Assembly: GCA_964016885.1 (NCBI GenBank)
Contig: OZ024744.1
Coordinates: 31,186,001 to 31,250,000 of the forward strand
Origin: Eledone cirrhosa
Lineage: Eukaryota
Reading direction: 5' to 3'
Length of the DNA: 64,000 nt
Below, in pieces: positions 1 through 13,112 of this stretch. The position numbers were made by a program, and so were the translations under genes. Position 1 is the first letter of the stretch; each line of letters opens with the position of its first letter. Under the pieces are notes generated by a model. That model was not told where the DNA came from and did no database searches. It saw only the letters and a program-made list of their open reading frames with translations.

Positions 1-800
1 GTGCGACCCAACAGAAATGGATAGACACATCCAACACTTCATCTACCGCATGCAGATCTCTGGCTACAGCCAAAGAGACAGAATCAGAATATACGAAGGA
101 GCCACGGAGAAGTATAAGACCTTCATAGAACTGACATGAAAGGAATTTGCCCATTATACAGGAGCAAATCATGGAATAGCTTAGCTAGGACTAGACATAA
201 TATAGGGAAAGCCACCCCATGGTACGACAACCAGAGATACCAGAGTGTCATGTTTGTGGACGCTACCCCTGGAGGGAAATTAGCTAACCAGTGTAGAAAG
301 GCCCTGAGAAAGACCCACTTAAATATTAAGGTGGTAGAAAAGCCAGGAACCACCATAAAATACCTGATCAGCAAAACCTACCCTTTTAAGAAAATCCACT
401 GTACTAATAGGAAATCTATCATATGTAAGGTAAACCCCCGGATAAACTGTAAAACTAGAAACGTAGTCTATAGCATAAGATGTACAGAGGGTACTTGCAG
501 AAACATGACAACAACATACATAGGCGAGACAGCTCGTAGCATAGGTGAAAGGATAGACCAACACAGGGGAGACTAAAAGGACGAAAAAACGGTTCAGTAC
601 TATACGAACATGCCAGACAACAACACGACGGTAACATAGACAACATAGAAATTAGATTAATATCTAAACATACAAATGATCCAGCAGATTGGCAAATCAG
701 AGAGGCCAGCGAAATAGAACTTAGAAGGCCTAGGCTAAACAGAACAAATGAATGGAATAACAACAACACCCAAACAAACAATACTGACCTAAGAGAAGTA
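1..800 (+). pseudogene. Penelope-like retroelement 3' ORF fragment (thumb/linker + GIY-YIG endonuclease), frameshifted
   Basis: Frame 2 gives ...FIYRMQISGYS...; ORF 136-576 has MFVDATPGGKLA, KVVEKPG and CKTRNVVYSIRC...TYIGETARSIGERIDQH (GIY-YIG). It continues after a frameshift as SVLYEHARQQH...QIREASEI...LN. Confidence 0.85.
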
Positions 801-1179
801 TAAATAAATAAATAAATAAATACATACACAAGCTCAATAACAACAAACACATATAAACACACACTAGTAAACTAAGATAGAATACAATAACCAATACACA
901 GTCACCCAAACACGAACACACATCAAACACTATACACACACGCAAACGCATGTGCAGAGAAGGCAAAAAAAAAAAAAATAAATAAACAGACTAAATAAAG
1001 ATGGTGTCTATATTGTATCTGTATTTTTGACCGTTGGTCAGTCAATGGTAACATTGAGGACCGAATAAATTAAATTAACCGATATAAAAGACACAGAAGC
1101 GAAAACCAACCAAACAGTGAGTGTGTTCTGTTATTAATTCTGGCAATATTATTACACAAATATAACCCTCCCCATGTAT

Positions 1180-1291
<112 letters not shown>

Positions 1292-1353
1292 AATAAAAAA
1301 GAAATTGTTTCTACTTTTGGCACAAGGCAACCAATTATCCCAGTGTATTAACT

Positions 1354-1909
1354 TTCGATTCGTTTTCAATTATACAAACAAGCTTCAATTTCATAGCCAT
1401 GTCAGTAGAATGAACCCTTCACCCTTGCTCTTCTGTTGGCATGGGAACAGAACTGCATACACTAATGTTTCTCGGTATCACCCTTCATCAGTACAGCTCA
1501 CTGTTCACCTGCCAGAGCTATTGAAAATATATGCGATTTTCAAAAATACACTGTGACTGATCGACCTGATTTGTATATTAGCAGACTGGCTGATCAGTCA
1601 GATTTGCATATTAGCAGATCCACTGATCAGCCAGATTTGCACATCAGCAGACTGGCCAATCAGTTTCCTGTATACGAGCGATAAATGGCCGGCTTTGCCA
1701 AATTCAAATAAAAAAGAAAGTTTTCGCTCTACATAGCTGAATACAATAAATGTAATCTGAGTTTTTCGAATATTAATAATAACATTCGATTCGTTTGCAA
1801 TTATGCAAACAAGCCTCAATTTTGTAGCGATGTCAGTAGAATGAACACTTCATTCTTGATCTTGAGTTGGCATGTAAACAGAACTGCAGACACTAATGTT
1901 TCTGGGTAT
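1354..1909 (-). mobile_element. Hammerhead-containing non-coding repeat, family A (~431-bp unit plus ~125-bp terminal redundancy)
   Basis: ttcgattcgttt at 1354 recurs at 1785; homologous to 11125-11582; carries a hammerhead motif. Confidence 0.75.
1450..1499 (-). ncRNA. Type I hammerhead ribozyme motif (family A, weak stem II)
   Basis: Minus strand: gagctgta CTGATGA agggtgataccga GAAA cattagt GTA tgcagttc; stem I pairs 8 bp including G-U. Confidence 0.7.
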
Positions 1910-2440
1910 ACCACCCGGGTGGCGCGAACAGATACCCTCTTTGCATCATTTTCATGTATACATTCCTTTTTCTAGTATCTTATTTTATTTTATTTTATAT
2001 TATTTTATTTTATCTTATTTGATGTACGTGCACGCATTTTTTTTAATATATGTGCCCCCCCCCCCCCAAGTTATATGTGACTAGTACATGGCTAATACCT
2101 AGATACTGCATTTATGCATATTGTATGTGCACTTTCAGCATAATATAGGTTGTGTCCAAGCCTCAAGATCCTTGTCTCATATAATATTGTATGCGCCTTG
2201 TACACAGTTGCGTGTGTGGATGTGTGGGTATTCATCAAGTATAGGCTCTTTTAGAGATGTATGGGCATGCCCATGTGCATGCCCATGCGCGGGCACATGT
2301 ATGCATGTGTGTGCATGCATACACACATACAGGCATGTGTATGCATGTCCGGGTGCATCTCATTGCATGAGAATGTCTGTGTAGGTGTATGCATATCTAT
2401 GTGTAGATTCTCAATTTTTTCATCTGTATATGTGCGTAGC

Positions 2441-3657
2441 GTCTTAAGTATATATAATTCACTGAGTACAGTGTCTTAAGTATATATGATCTACTGAGTA
2501 CAGTGTCTTAAGTATATATAATTCACTGAGTACAGTGTCTTAAGTATATATGATTCACTGAGTACAGTGTCTTAAGTATATATGATCCACTGAGTACAGT
2601 GTCTTAAGTATATATGATTCACTGAGTACAGTGTCTTAAGTATATATGATTCACTGAGTACAGTGTCTTAAGTATATATGATTCACTGAGTACAGTGTCT
2701 TAAGTATATATAATTCACTGAGTACAGCGTCTTAAGTATATATGATTCACTGAGTACAGCGTCTTAAGTATATATGATCCACTGAGTACAGTGTCTTAAG
2801 TATATATGATCCACTGAGTACAGTGTCTTAAGTATATATGATCCACTGAGTACAGTGTCTTAAGTATATATGATTCACTGAGTACAGTGTCTTAAGTATA
2901 TATGATTCACTGAGTACAGTGTCTTAAGTATATATAATTCACTGAGTACAGTGTCTTAAGTATATATGATCCACTGAGTACAGCGTCTTAAGTATATATG
3001 ATCCACTGAGTACAGCGTCTTAAGTATATATGATTCACTGAGTACAGCGTCTTAAGTATATATGATTCACTGAGTACAGCGTCTTAAGTATATATGATCC
3101 ACTGAGTACAGCGTCTTAAGTATATATGATTCACTGAGTACAGCGTCTTAAGTATATATGATTCACTGAGTACAGCGTCTTAAATATATATGATTCACTG
3201 AGTACAGCGTCTTAAGTATATATGATTCACTGAGTACAGTGTCTTAAGTATATATGATTCACTGAGTACAGCGTCTTAAGTATATATAATTCACTGAGTA
3301 CAGTGTCTTAAGTATATATGATTCACTGAGTACAGTGTCTTAAGTATATATGATTCACTGAGTACAGTGTCTTAAGTATATATGATTCACTGAGTACAGT
3401 GTCTTAAGTATATATGATTAACTGAGTACAGTGTCTTAAGTATATATGATTCACTGAGTACAGTGTCTTAAGTATATATGATCCACTGAGTACAGCGTCT
3501 TAAGTATATATGATTCACTGAGTACAGTGTCTTAAGTATATATGATTCACTGAGTACAGCGTCTTAAGTATATATGATTAACTGAGTACAGTGTCTTAAG
3601 TATATATGATTCACTGAGTACAGCGTCTTAAGTATATATGATTCACTGAGTACAGTG
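2441..3657. repeat. 32-bp minisatellite, ~38 copies
   Basis: Unit gtcttaagtatatatgattcactgagtacagt; actgag at 2461 and 2493. Confidence 0.97.
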
Positions 3658-4289
3658 TGTGTGTGTTGATGTGCGTATACTTATCAAAAGTACCTTTGAA
3701 ATTACTTGTTTGAAGGGCTCTTCCAAGCATCCTTTTAAATATTTTTATAGGATTTTTTTTATAGGGTTTTCTTTTTGAAATGTTGGTTTTTTAAGGTATT
3801 CTGAGGGTATGTTTTTATGAAACGCGTTTTTAAACGTTTCTTTAAATGATTTTTTTAAATGTTTTTTTTTATGTTTTTAAAAATGTTTTTTTTTTTAATG
3901 TTTTTTTTCAAATGCTTTTTCTTTCTAAGTATCCGATACACATTTAATATTTAATATTTACTGTGATTGTCGCATATGAGACAGTTGCGGGTGTGTATCT
4001 GATCGGTGTGTGTGTATAAGTGCCCATACCTAACATGCCTGCGTGATACATGGATATGGGTTTGGGAGCCTACAGACCGGTTCAATCATACAACCCCTTA
4101 CCCACTACAGTAGTAATCCCGATATAAGAAACAACTTTGATTGACAGGTGGCAATTGAAAGGAATCAGTTATACGACGGCCCTGAGTGGCCAAAAATACC
4201 GATGACGTGAACAATTCTTGACCATTCATAGAATGAAAACAACAGGATCTAGGTTGCCGAGCGAAGGCAGCGGGTGTAACTGGACATTT

Positions 4290-4445
4290 GGAAACTCTGC
4301 TTCGTAGAATCTGAGGATCTTATCATTTCAGAGTCAGGTTTGATCATTGCATCGATCGGGCTTCGAGCTGGTCGGCAGAGAAACGATTGTAATATGTCTA
4401 ATAAATCTTGTTCGTCACACCACTGATTCTCCGTTTCTTATGTGA
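4290..4445 (+). mobile_element. Hammerhead element family B 3' end (5' strand of stem I deleted)
   Basis: Homologous to 60001-60166. CTGAGGA at 4311, long stem II, GAAA c-gatt-GTA atatgtc; lacks the 10 bp (gagacgtatc) present in the 60-kb copy; ends in (TA)n. Confidence 0.7.
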
Positions 4446-4488
4446 TATATATATATATAGAGAGAGAGAGATAGATACATAGATATAG

Positions 4489-4599
<111 letters not shown>

Positions 4600-4611
4600 G
4601 ACAGATAGATA

Positions 4612-7600
4612 AATTTCTTTATTAGCCACAAGGGCACAAAAGAAGGGGTCAAATACAAATGGGGAGTTTACATACAGGTATATGAAAATAAAACTATTAA
4701 TAAAATAACAAATAACAATTGATATCCCCAATAGGGTGGAGGCGTTACACAGGGGTTGTACACACCCCGAAAAAATGTACAACCCTCATCTCCAGGAGCA
4801 CCAAGAGTGAGTACTCCCTTCCTCTCTTCCTTTTTTTCCTAAACCTACAGGCTTATATAGAGAGAAGGCCCAACCACTCGGGCCATCTTTGCCACATTCA
4901 CCCACCTTTTATAAAATTTGCTGGAGTACAGCACCTCTCTCTCCATCCTGATTCTTCTTCCAAAATGATATTTGAAAAAACGAATCAGTTGCTCGCCGGA
5001 GAGAAAGGTGTCTGACCTCAGCCCTTTTAACCTCGTCCACCATATAACTTCTTTCACCATAGCCATAACACATAGGAAAACCGCCTCTCCCTCGTTTTTG
5101 AAGGAGGCGGTTTGATCATGACAATGGACTCGGTGGTCAACCGGATTGGTCCCACCCTCAACAATAGTCGTTCTACATAGCCCCACAGGTCGGTAACGCC
5201 CGAGCAGTGTACAAATGCCTGCCAGGCCAGGGATTTTGGAAGTTGTCCATTGGTCCCGTGCGGAAGGTCCTACCGAACAGATTGGCCAGTTCGTCTTCCT
5301 CTACGCCTAGAGTTTCTCCGATCGTGTCGTCGCACATGCTGCGGACCAACCCTCTATAGAATGTCGAAGTGGAGTCTCCACTGATCGCCGGGTCCGTTTG
5401 CCAGAGGACTATGAGCGCCTGAGCACATTCGATGTGCCAGTCCCTCATTTTCCTCGGTCTTTGCTTGACCCAGGACTGCAGCTCGGTCAGCGAGACGAGT
5501 CGTGGGAAGGCTCGCCTCACGAACGGGGCCCGCACCGGTTGTCTGGTGAGGAATACGTGGAGGTGTTGCAGCCTGAGCGCGTGTTTGCGCATCGTCAGCG
5601 ACGGCATCCCCAGCACTCCGTTTGAAGGGTATTGGCAGCAGATGGATCTTCTCACCAAAGGAGCCCGTTTCTTCCAAAGGAATTGGAAGAGCGCGCGCTC
5701 CATTTTGGTGAGCGTTTTGGCTGGACAAGGCACGGCGGTCAAGCGGTAGTAGATGACGGACGCTATAAGAGTGTTTGCCACCTCCGCTCGACCTTTCAAG
5801 GATAGTTTGCACTCGGCCCACTTCTGGGTGAGCTCAAACACCTTGGCCGTCACCTCGTTCCAGTTCTTCTCCACCTGGAGGTCAGGACCAAACCAGACCC
5901 CGAGCAGCTTTACCGGTCCTTCCGTCCAGTGTACGACGACGTCATCGTAAGGCATCGGTTTTCCTCTCCACGTTCCGAGTTGCAAACCGACGGATTTGTC
6001 CCGGTTCAGCTTCGTTCCTGTGAACCTTTCGTATTCCTCCAGTAAGGTGTCGATCTCCCCGATTTGCGAGGTGCTCGACATCATTACTGTCACGTTGTCG
6101 TCGTAGGCTGACGCCGCTTTTCGCAGTCCCGGTTCCAAAGGGATGTCCTGCAATAGCTCCAACTTCCGCAGTAGTGGCTCGAGAGTCAGTACGTACAGAA
6201 GGGAGGAGAGAGGGCATCCCTGTCGGATGGATAGCGTAATATGGAACGGCTCCGAGAAGTAGCCGTTCACCTTGACACTTGAGCAGATGTTGCTGTAGTG
6301 CATTGCAGCAATCCAGCCCCTGAACACAGGACCGAAGCCGGCCGCCTCGAGCACCGCATCCAGGTAACGATGGTCAACCCTATCGAAAGCCTTAGACTGA
6401 TCCAAGTTGATCAGGGCCCCACCGAAGCCGGGTTTACACCCTACCCTCTCTATGATGTATCGCATGAGGTGGAGGTTGTCGTGTATGAACCTGGTCGGAA
6501 TTGCCCATGTCTGCGCTTCTCCCACCAGGTTTTCGACGACAAGCGCCAGCATCTTTGCCAATACCTTGGCCAAAATCTGTAACTCTGTGTTGAGCAGAGT
6601 TATGGGCCGGAAGTTGCCTATGTCATCCCCCTTGTTCTCGTCCTTCCTGACTAACATGATTGCGCCCTTGGTCACAGAACTGGGAATTCTCCCGTTTTGC
6701 TGCCAGTTGCAGTAGACCGCTTCCAGGAGACCGGAGAACAAGTCCGGCATTGCTACGTAAAATTCGTAGGGTAGACCGTCGAGACCTGGAGATTTGCATT
6801 TGTCGCATTGGGTCAGCGCGTCCCCTATCTCAGCGGCCGAAATCGGCCCTTTGCTTCGCTGTCCGAGAGTCGCGGTAGGCCGTCGAGGTATGAACCGAAA
6901 TCCATAACCCCTCCCGGCCCGCCGCCCTGCACGAACAGTTGAGCAAAGTGCCGCTGAAAGGCCGCGCACATTTGCTTTGGCTCACATATGACGCGTCCGT
7001 CTTGGTCCTTCAAAGACCGAATCGTGGACTTGTTGCCACTTTTCGCCTCCGTCACTCGGGCCCAGCTAACAGCTTGGCTCCCTCGTTTCCCAGAGCACGT
7101 ATTTTGCTTCTGACAACGCAGCCTTCATGCTTTGCGTCGAAGAACTGGTTCAAGACCGTTCTCTTCGCTAGCATGCTGGCTACGTTGCCACTCCTAAGTG
7201 CCTTTTCTACTTTATCTACCAGTTCCTTTCGGGTCTTATTTCTATCTAACACTAATTCTTTACTAAACCTATCGAGTCTAATCTAACTGCCCTCTTGAGA
7301 GTGTACCACTATCTGTTGTTGACAATGGCCCCCGTCAAGTGCTGCTTAACTAAAGTGCTAATCCGTCTACTGTAGGCTTTGCATGTCGGTAACGACAAGT
7401 TCAGCTTCCAGTAGCCGGGTCCCTGTCTATGGGTTTTGTCAAGGTTGTCTAAGCAGATCACTAATTTGTGATCTGAATAGGCAACCATGAACATTTGTGG
7501 ACAGCTTAACATTTCCCTATCCTTCTTTCTAACTAGAACCTTATCTAGGTACGATCTAGATGTTCCGCTGAGATTAGTCCACGTCCACAGTGGCACAGTT

Positions 7601-7617
7601 GGAAATTATAGTCGACA
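4612..7617 (-). mobile_element. Tx1/L1-group non-LTR retrotransposon, 5'-truncated and degenerate (APE endonuclease end + RT)
   Basis: SYLDKVLV..SDHKLV..GPGYWKLN; KSPGLDGLPYEFY, NFRPITLLN, LDQSKAFDRVDH, RQGCPLS, AYDDN (YADD mutated). 3' AATAAA followed by a microsatellite; several frameshifts. Confidence 0.93.
5173..6969 (-). pseudogene. Tx1-type reverse transcriptase ORF2 fragment
   Basis: 598-aa open segment with RT motifs; the N-terminus is frameshifted and the catalytic motif is altered. Confidence 0.9.
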
Positions 7618-7780
7618 TATATAGACAGATAGATAGATTGATGGATTTATTTATTTATATGTATATACATACATACATATAGTTTAAGGATTATAACGTC
7701 AGTTATTGTATGTTCACCACAGTGAGCACTCGATCCGTAGTTTCCAGTAGGTGTACTGGTGTTGTACTAAGCAGAGTGTA

Positions 7781-7968
7781 ATAATTGTTTCTACTTTTGG
7801 CACAAGGACAGCAAATACCAAGTGCATTACTGGTACTTTATTTTATCGACCCCGTAAGGATGAAAGACAAAGTTAACCTCGGCGTGATTTGAATTCAGAA
7901 CGGCAAGGGCCGTAACTCTCTGCGTCAAAGCATGGCGTCCGACCCTCTACTGATACTGCCAATTTCAC
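7781..7968 (-). mobile_element. tRNA-derived SINE (main family)
   Basis: A-box-like TGGCAGTATCAG, B-box-like GAATTCAAATC, body ...ggggtcgataaaataaagtaccag..., tail gtagaaacaattat. An internally deleted copy follows at 7985-8070. Confidence 0.85.
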
Positions 7969-8140
7969 AAAAATAATAATGATAATAATTGTTTCTACTT
8001 TTGGCACAGTTAATCTCGGCGGCATTTGAACCCACATCGTAAAGGGCCGTAACTCTTTGCTGCAAAGCATGACATAGACGAAGTGTTAAATTTATTTAAC
8101 ACCTCGTCCATGTCATTTATTTAATCATTACATTTATTAA

Positions 8141-8229
8141 GGTGTGACGCGCGTTTCATTATTAATCAGCTCAAGGTTCAATATGTATCGATCGGGCCTG
8201 ACTCTGGAATCAAAAGCTCATCGGACTTC
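8141..8229 (-). ncRNA. Degenerate hammerhead motif related to family B
   Basis: Minus strand: CCGATGA (U4>C), long stem II resembling family B, GAAA c-gcgc-GTC; stem I poor. Confidence 0.5.
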
Positions 8230-8779
8230 TGCTTTTGGTAATGACAGGATGATTTCTGCATAGCTTTGAGAAAAAATACATCAGTTCTCCTTCATTCATG
8301 CTGATCAATTTCATTTCATTTTGATTGGTAGTGAGAAAAAATGTTTGGGTAAGAGGGATAGGGAGAAGTAGAATTAGAAGGAAGAGAGAGGTTGAGAGAG
8401 TGAAAGAATGATATTGGGGTACATCCCTTGGTGGAGGTGGGTATAGAATAATGTTTTGGCCGCTTAGTGGAGAGGTTGGCGTTTATGTGGCGATGTGAGG
8501 TAGTTAGGGTTAGATTTAAGAGATGAATAGATGCGATAATGGAACAGAAGGAGGTGGGTGATGGCACTGGTTGGATGTGTAGTAGGAAGAAAAGGAAAAT
8601 GAAGTCTAGTATCCATGGGGTGGTGGGGAATAGAGTTCAGACTAAGAATATTTGGGGGTGGAGATAGATTTTAAATAGATTGATTTAAAATACAGGCAAG
8701 TAAATAAGTGATAAGTAAACAAACAAATAAATAATGCAATTGTAAGGTAAGTGAAATATATACATCAATATATAATATA

Positions 8780-9363
8780 CTAGCAGTGGTACCCAGCGTT
8801 GCACGGGATAAGGTATTGTGAAATATATAACCGCCTTAGCTAAGCTTAGTATTGCCACAACCACGGCAGGCAAAGAAGTAAGGGTCTGGTGTTACGTAAG
8901 TAAACAGCACTGTGGCTTAAAACGTGAGGAAGAAGTTGTGTGCACTTACCAACTGTTTGGGGAATGAGTGTGAGATTTGTCTTGAGCAAGTGTGGCGGAA
9001 TAACCGGAGGCAGCAGACATACAGACAGATATTATAAGGGCGCGTTCTGGACGCAGAGGGAATTGTGGGAAGTGACGTAATGCAGAGAGCCAGACATACA
9101 GACAGATATTATAAGGGTGCGACGTTATATGTATGTATCTATCTAAAAAAAGAAAGATTAAGAATTATAGAGAGAGATCGCTAAATCGCCTAATGCGGCC
9201 CCTAGGGCATTGAAAATTTGAAATTCTTTTTGCTCAGAGCACTCCCTGAAACATAAGTATTACATGTGTAAAGTTTGAAAACAGTCGGTTGGGTGCTTCT
9301 CGAGTCTTAGGGATTCAAACTCCCACACACACAGACAGACATCCTCAGTTTTATATATATAGA
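8780..9363 (-). mobile_element. Non-autonomous Helitron
   Basis: On the minus strand it starts TCTATATATATAAAA and ends with hairpin cccgtgcaacgctggg then CTAG|T. Confidence 0.8.
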
Positions 9364-9429
9364 TTATACATCAGTATATAATAAATGATACATCTATATA
9401 TAATATATTATACATCAATATATAATATT

Positions 9430-11041
9430 TCTATATATATAAAACGGAAGATGTATGTCTGTGAGTGTGTATGATTGTTATGCGTTTCCACATTTCCCTA
9501 CTGATTTTGATGATTTTTTCATCAATGTGCTCCAAATTTACCAACGATGGTCAACGCGTAATAAACTTTGCCAAAAATTTCCTGCTTCTATGAAAAAATC
9601 GATAAAACTAAATACATGCTGTAAACCTCTCTCTTACACGCTTAATCCCTCTCTCTACTACCCTCAACAATCTATGAAACTACATACATGTTGCAACTCT
9701 CTTTAAAAGGTTCATCCTTCCCTCTACTCCAGTCTTCTCTGCAACACTATTTAAAAGGTTCATCCCTCCCTCTATCTCCTCTCTATCTCCTCTGCAACTC
9801 TCTTTAAAAGGTTGATGCCTCCCTCTACTACCCTATCACCATTACAGTTTACAACAGCGTCAAAACTTCCTTCAGGGACGCGACATAAACTTTGAAAACT
9901 AAGCAACACATCAATTTATACAACAAACATAGCTTTACTCTCTTCGTCGCTCTTCCCTCTCTCTATAATAGATTATTCCCTCTCTCTATAATTTAACTGC
10001 TTTACTCTCTTCATGCTTTGAGGTTTAACACACCTCCCTATAGTTTCTTAGCTTTACTCTCTCCATCGCTCTTCCTTCTCTCTATACTAGATCATTCCCC
10101 CTCTCTATAATTTAACTGCTTTACTCTCTTCATGCTTTGAGGTTTAACACACCTCCCTATTGTTTCTTAGCTTTACTCTCTCCGTCGCTCTTCCCTCTGT
10201 CTATAATAGATTATTGCCCCTCTCTATAATTTAACTGCTGGGGGAGTCATTGGAGTTCTGTATTGATATACGGCTTTTCTGGGGCATTTTAAATCGGCTT
10301 ATTGCAAATAACAACCTGCAAAATAACACTTCATATAACAGATTAATGCTATAGACATATGAATCGGGATGTTTAAATTATTTATTTTTTACGACTTTCA
10401 TTGGTTAAATATTAATATGACAACACCCCATAGTGTTGTACTTCTGGCAATTCTACCGAATACACTGCCAAGGATGAACCTTTTCCCCTCGGCGTCAGAT
10501 ATCCCGTTCGATTTCCGGCCATCCCAATTCCCGGTGAGACCATGTTTTGCCATGTCCATTAACAAGTCACAAGGGCAAACATTGTCGGTTGCGGGGAGCC
10601 ATGCTTCTCCCTAGGCCTACTTTATGTTGCCTGTTCCCGCGTAGGGAGCAGGAATGGACTTTTTGCTTACACACCTCAAGGGATGACACACAATATCGTC
10701 TACAAAGAGGTGCTATATATTTTGGTGCAGGTGCTGGAGGTGTTGGAGCTATGCCGTCTGGAAAACTAGTTCCTGGTAGGGTCACCCATGATGGACAGAT
10801 CTAACACCCAGCGGCATCAGGGCCACCATCTTGCAACTTTGGTCTGCTAAATTCGCTTTTGGAAGATTATTAACCCATCAATGATTGTCCAAAATGCTAA
10901 TTGGTTCGTAACTTTTAATAACCGGTTCAACTGCTTTATCCACTTAATTAATAAGCTTATTCGCTTCCAAGCCACGTTTACCTGTATGTAACTTTTCATA
11001 GCAAGTGAACAAACCCGAGCAACGCCGGACTACATTGCTAG
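9430..11041 (+). mobile_element. Non-autonomous Helitron with Pif1-helicase remnant
   Basis: 5' TCTATATATATAAAA; 3' cccgagcaacgccgga hairpin then CTAG|T. 10470-10710 encodes QFPVRPCFAMSINKSQGQTL and LYVACSRV; internal ~119-bp repeats at 9930, 10049 and 10168. Confidence 0.88.
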
Positions 11042-11124
11042 TATTATAATATGTAAAGTGTGGCGTCAAGAATAATATGTTAAATAAAAATGTGATGTAA
11101 CAATATAAAGTAATATATATATAG

Positions 11125-11582
11125 TAAATGTAATCTGAGTTTTTCGAATATTAATAATAATATTCGATTCGTTTGCAATTATGCAAACAGGCCTCATTTT
11201 TAAAGCCATGTCAGTAGAATGAGCCCCTCATTCTTGCTCTTTTGTTGGCATGTATACAGAACTGCAGACACTAATGTTTCTGGGTATTACCCTTCATCAG
11301 TGTAGTTCACTGTTCACCTGCCAACTGTCAGAGCTAGTGAAAATATATATTTTTAAAAATATACAGTGACTGATCGGCCTGATTTGCATATTAGCAGACT
11401 GGCTGATCAGTCAGATCTGCATATTAGCAGATCCACTGATCAGCCAGATTTGCATATCAGCAGACTGGCCAGTCAGTTTCCTGTATACGAGCGATAAATG
11501 GCCGGCTTTGCCATATTCAAATAAAAAAAAAATGTATCGCTCTACATGGCTGAATACAATAAATATAATCTGAATTTTTCGA
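11125..11582 (-). mobile_element. Hammerhead element family A, second copy (~435-bp unit, ~23-bp redundancy)
   Basis: taaat(g/a)taatctga at 11125 and 11560; colinear with 1354-1909 but with different end points. Confidence 0.78.
11259..11308 (-). ncRNA. Type I hammerhead ribozyme motif (family A)
   Basis: Minus strand: gaactaca CTGATGA a gggta-a-taccc a GAAA cattagt GTC tgcagttc. Confidence 0.78.
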
Positions 11583-11593
11583 TATATATATAT

Positions 11594-12030
11594 CAGGTCA
11601 CTCTTCAGAGCTAGTGGTAACATGTAACCCAGTACAACCTGTGCATGGTCGGGTCGACGGCGACTAAACCCGCAACCCCACCAAGCCTGCTTAGTTAGGA
11701 AGGTGATTTTGGACACCTTCCGGGTTGAAAACAAATCCCGTCAAAGGGCGGAGGAATTCAGGAGAGTCAACGGCCACTCAATAAGGTATTTTTGCGAAGC
11801 GAGAGGCACCTAGTGTTCATTAAGATATCTCTCTAGGAGAAGGTCACCCTGATATAAAACATGCGATTTCGTTTGCATCCAATGATGTAGACCAGTTCTT
11901 GTTTTGGGAAAAATGCATTTGATGTTCAGAGTGGGATTGGCCTCGTGAAAAGCCTTTATTCACTTATAACCGCACAAATGATTGCGTAAATGTCTGACTG
12001 ACAAAGTCACATGAATAACCATGTAACAGA
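11594..12030 (+). repeat. Unclassified interspersed repeat (possibly a LINE 5' region)
   Basis: Matches the reverse complement of ~62690-62873 (tcaggtcac...ggtaacatgta...catggtcgggtcga.ggcgactaaac). Confidence 0.6.
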
Positions 12031-12036
12031 AATATA

Positions 12037-12335
12037 TCCCGCCGAGGTTGACTTTGCCTTTCATCCTTACGGGGTCGATAAAATAAAGTACCAGTAATGC
12101 ACTGGGTAATTACTGGCCTTTTGCCTAAAGTAGAAACAATTATTTGACCGGTGGATTGGCAGTATCGGTAGAGGGTCGGACGCCATGCTTTGCAGCATAG
12201 TTACGTCCCTTTGCGGCCTGAGTTCAAATACCGCCGAGGTTAACTTTGCCTTTCATCCTTACGGGGTCGATAAAATAAAGTACCAGTAATGTACTGAGTA
12301 ATTGATGGCCTTGTGCCTAAAGTAGAAACAATTAT
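12037..12335 (+). mobile_element. Two tandem SINE copies (first 5'-truncated)
   Basis: Same SINE consensus; the full copy spans 12149-12335. Confidence 0.85.
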
Positions 12336-12442
12336 TTGATAAATGAATACTCCGTAACTCAATATCACCTACCTGGGATAAACTGTTTCGCTAGGACAGC
12401 AGGTTACAACGTAATATCTAATATAAACAACGTTCTTATGCA

Positions 12443-12473
<31 letters not shown>

Positions 12474-13112
12474 GTGAAATTCCATTATAACGAAATTCAC
12501 GGGATATAAAAATAATTGGTTGTAACGAAAAATTATGTATATATATATATATGTATATATGAAGTATTTCCTCTCTCCTCACTAATTTTTCTCTTCTTTT
12601 TTTTTCTTTTCTTTCCCTCATGCCCTTTTGACCGATAAAAGGCCTTGGGCGCGCTGCTGATTGCTTTTGATGTCCTGTTTTAAGCGCCGAAACATCTATG
12701 ATCTGCAGTTAACAGCTGACGAAGGAGCCCTTCTCTTGTTTCGTCCATATTACCGTCTTAAACCTTGTTTACAGTAACCACACAGCTCGCTTATTTCTTG
12801 TAATTTTATATATATACATATATATCTTTTTTCTCTCGACCACTCAGTCTTGAACTTAAGTTCACTTATCGAGAGGTCTTGGATTTCCTTACCTTAAGTT
12901 TCTCGCACATTGCTCGGTTTGTTGTTTTTTTTCGCAGTTTATTTTCTGTTTTCACTTTTCTTCTCTTTTGTTTTCCTTCCCTCCTCCTCCGTTTTCCCAA
13001 TAACTTATCCAGTTATTGACGCCCTGGGGTGAAATATCTTGTCTTTAAAGCGTAGAAATATCCGGGACCCCCAGTCGACAACTGATGAGGAAAACTCCCC
13101 CCCCCCCGTTCT

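Noticed and set aside
2441-3657. CRISPR-like 32-bp periodic repeat
   Set aside because: Units are contiguous with no unique spacers, there are no cas genes, and the context is eukaryotic.
12630-13100. Hammerhead-like pieces (gcgccGAAAcatc, CTGACGAagg, CTGATGAggaaaactcc)
   Set aside because: No complete core with closing stems could be assembled; the last is cut by poly-C and the Tx1 insertion.
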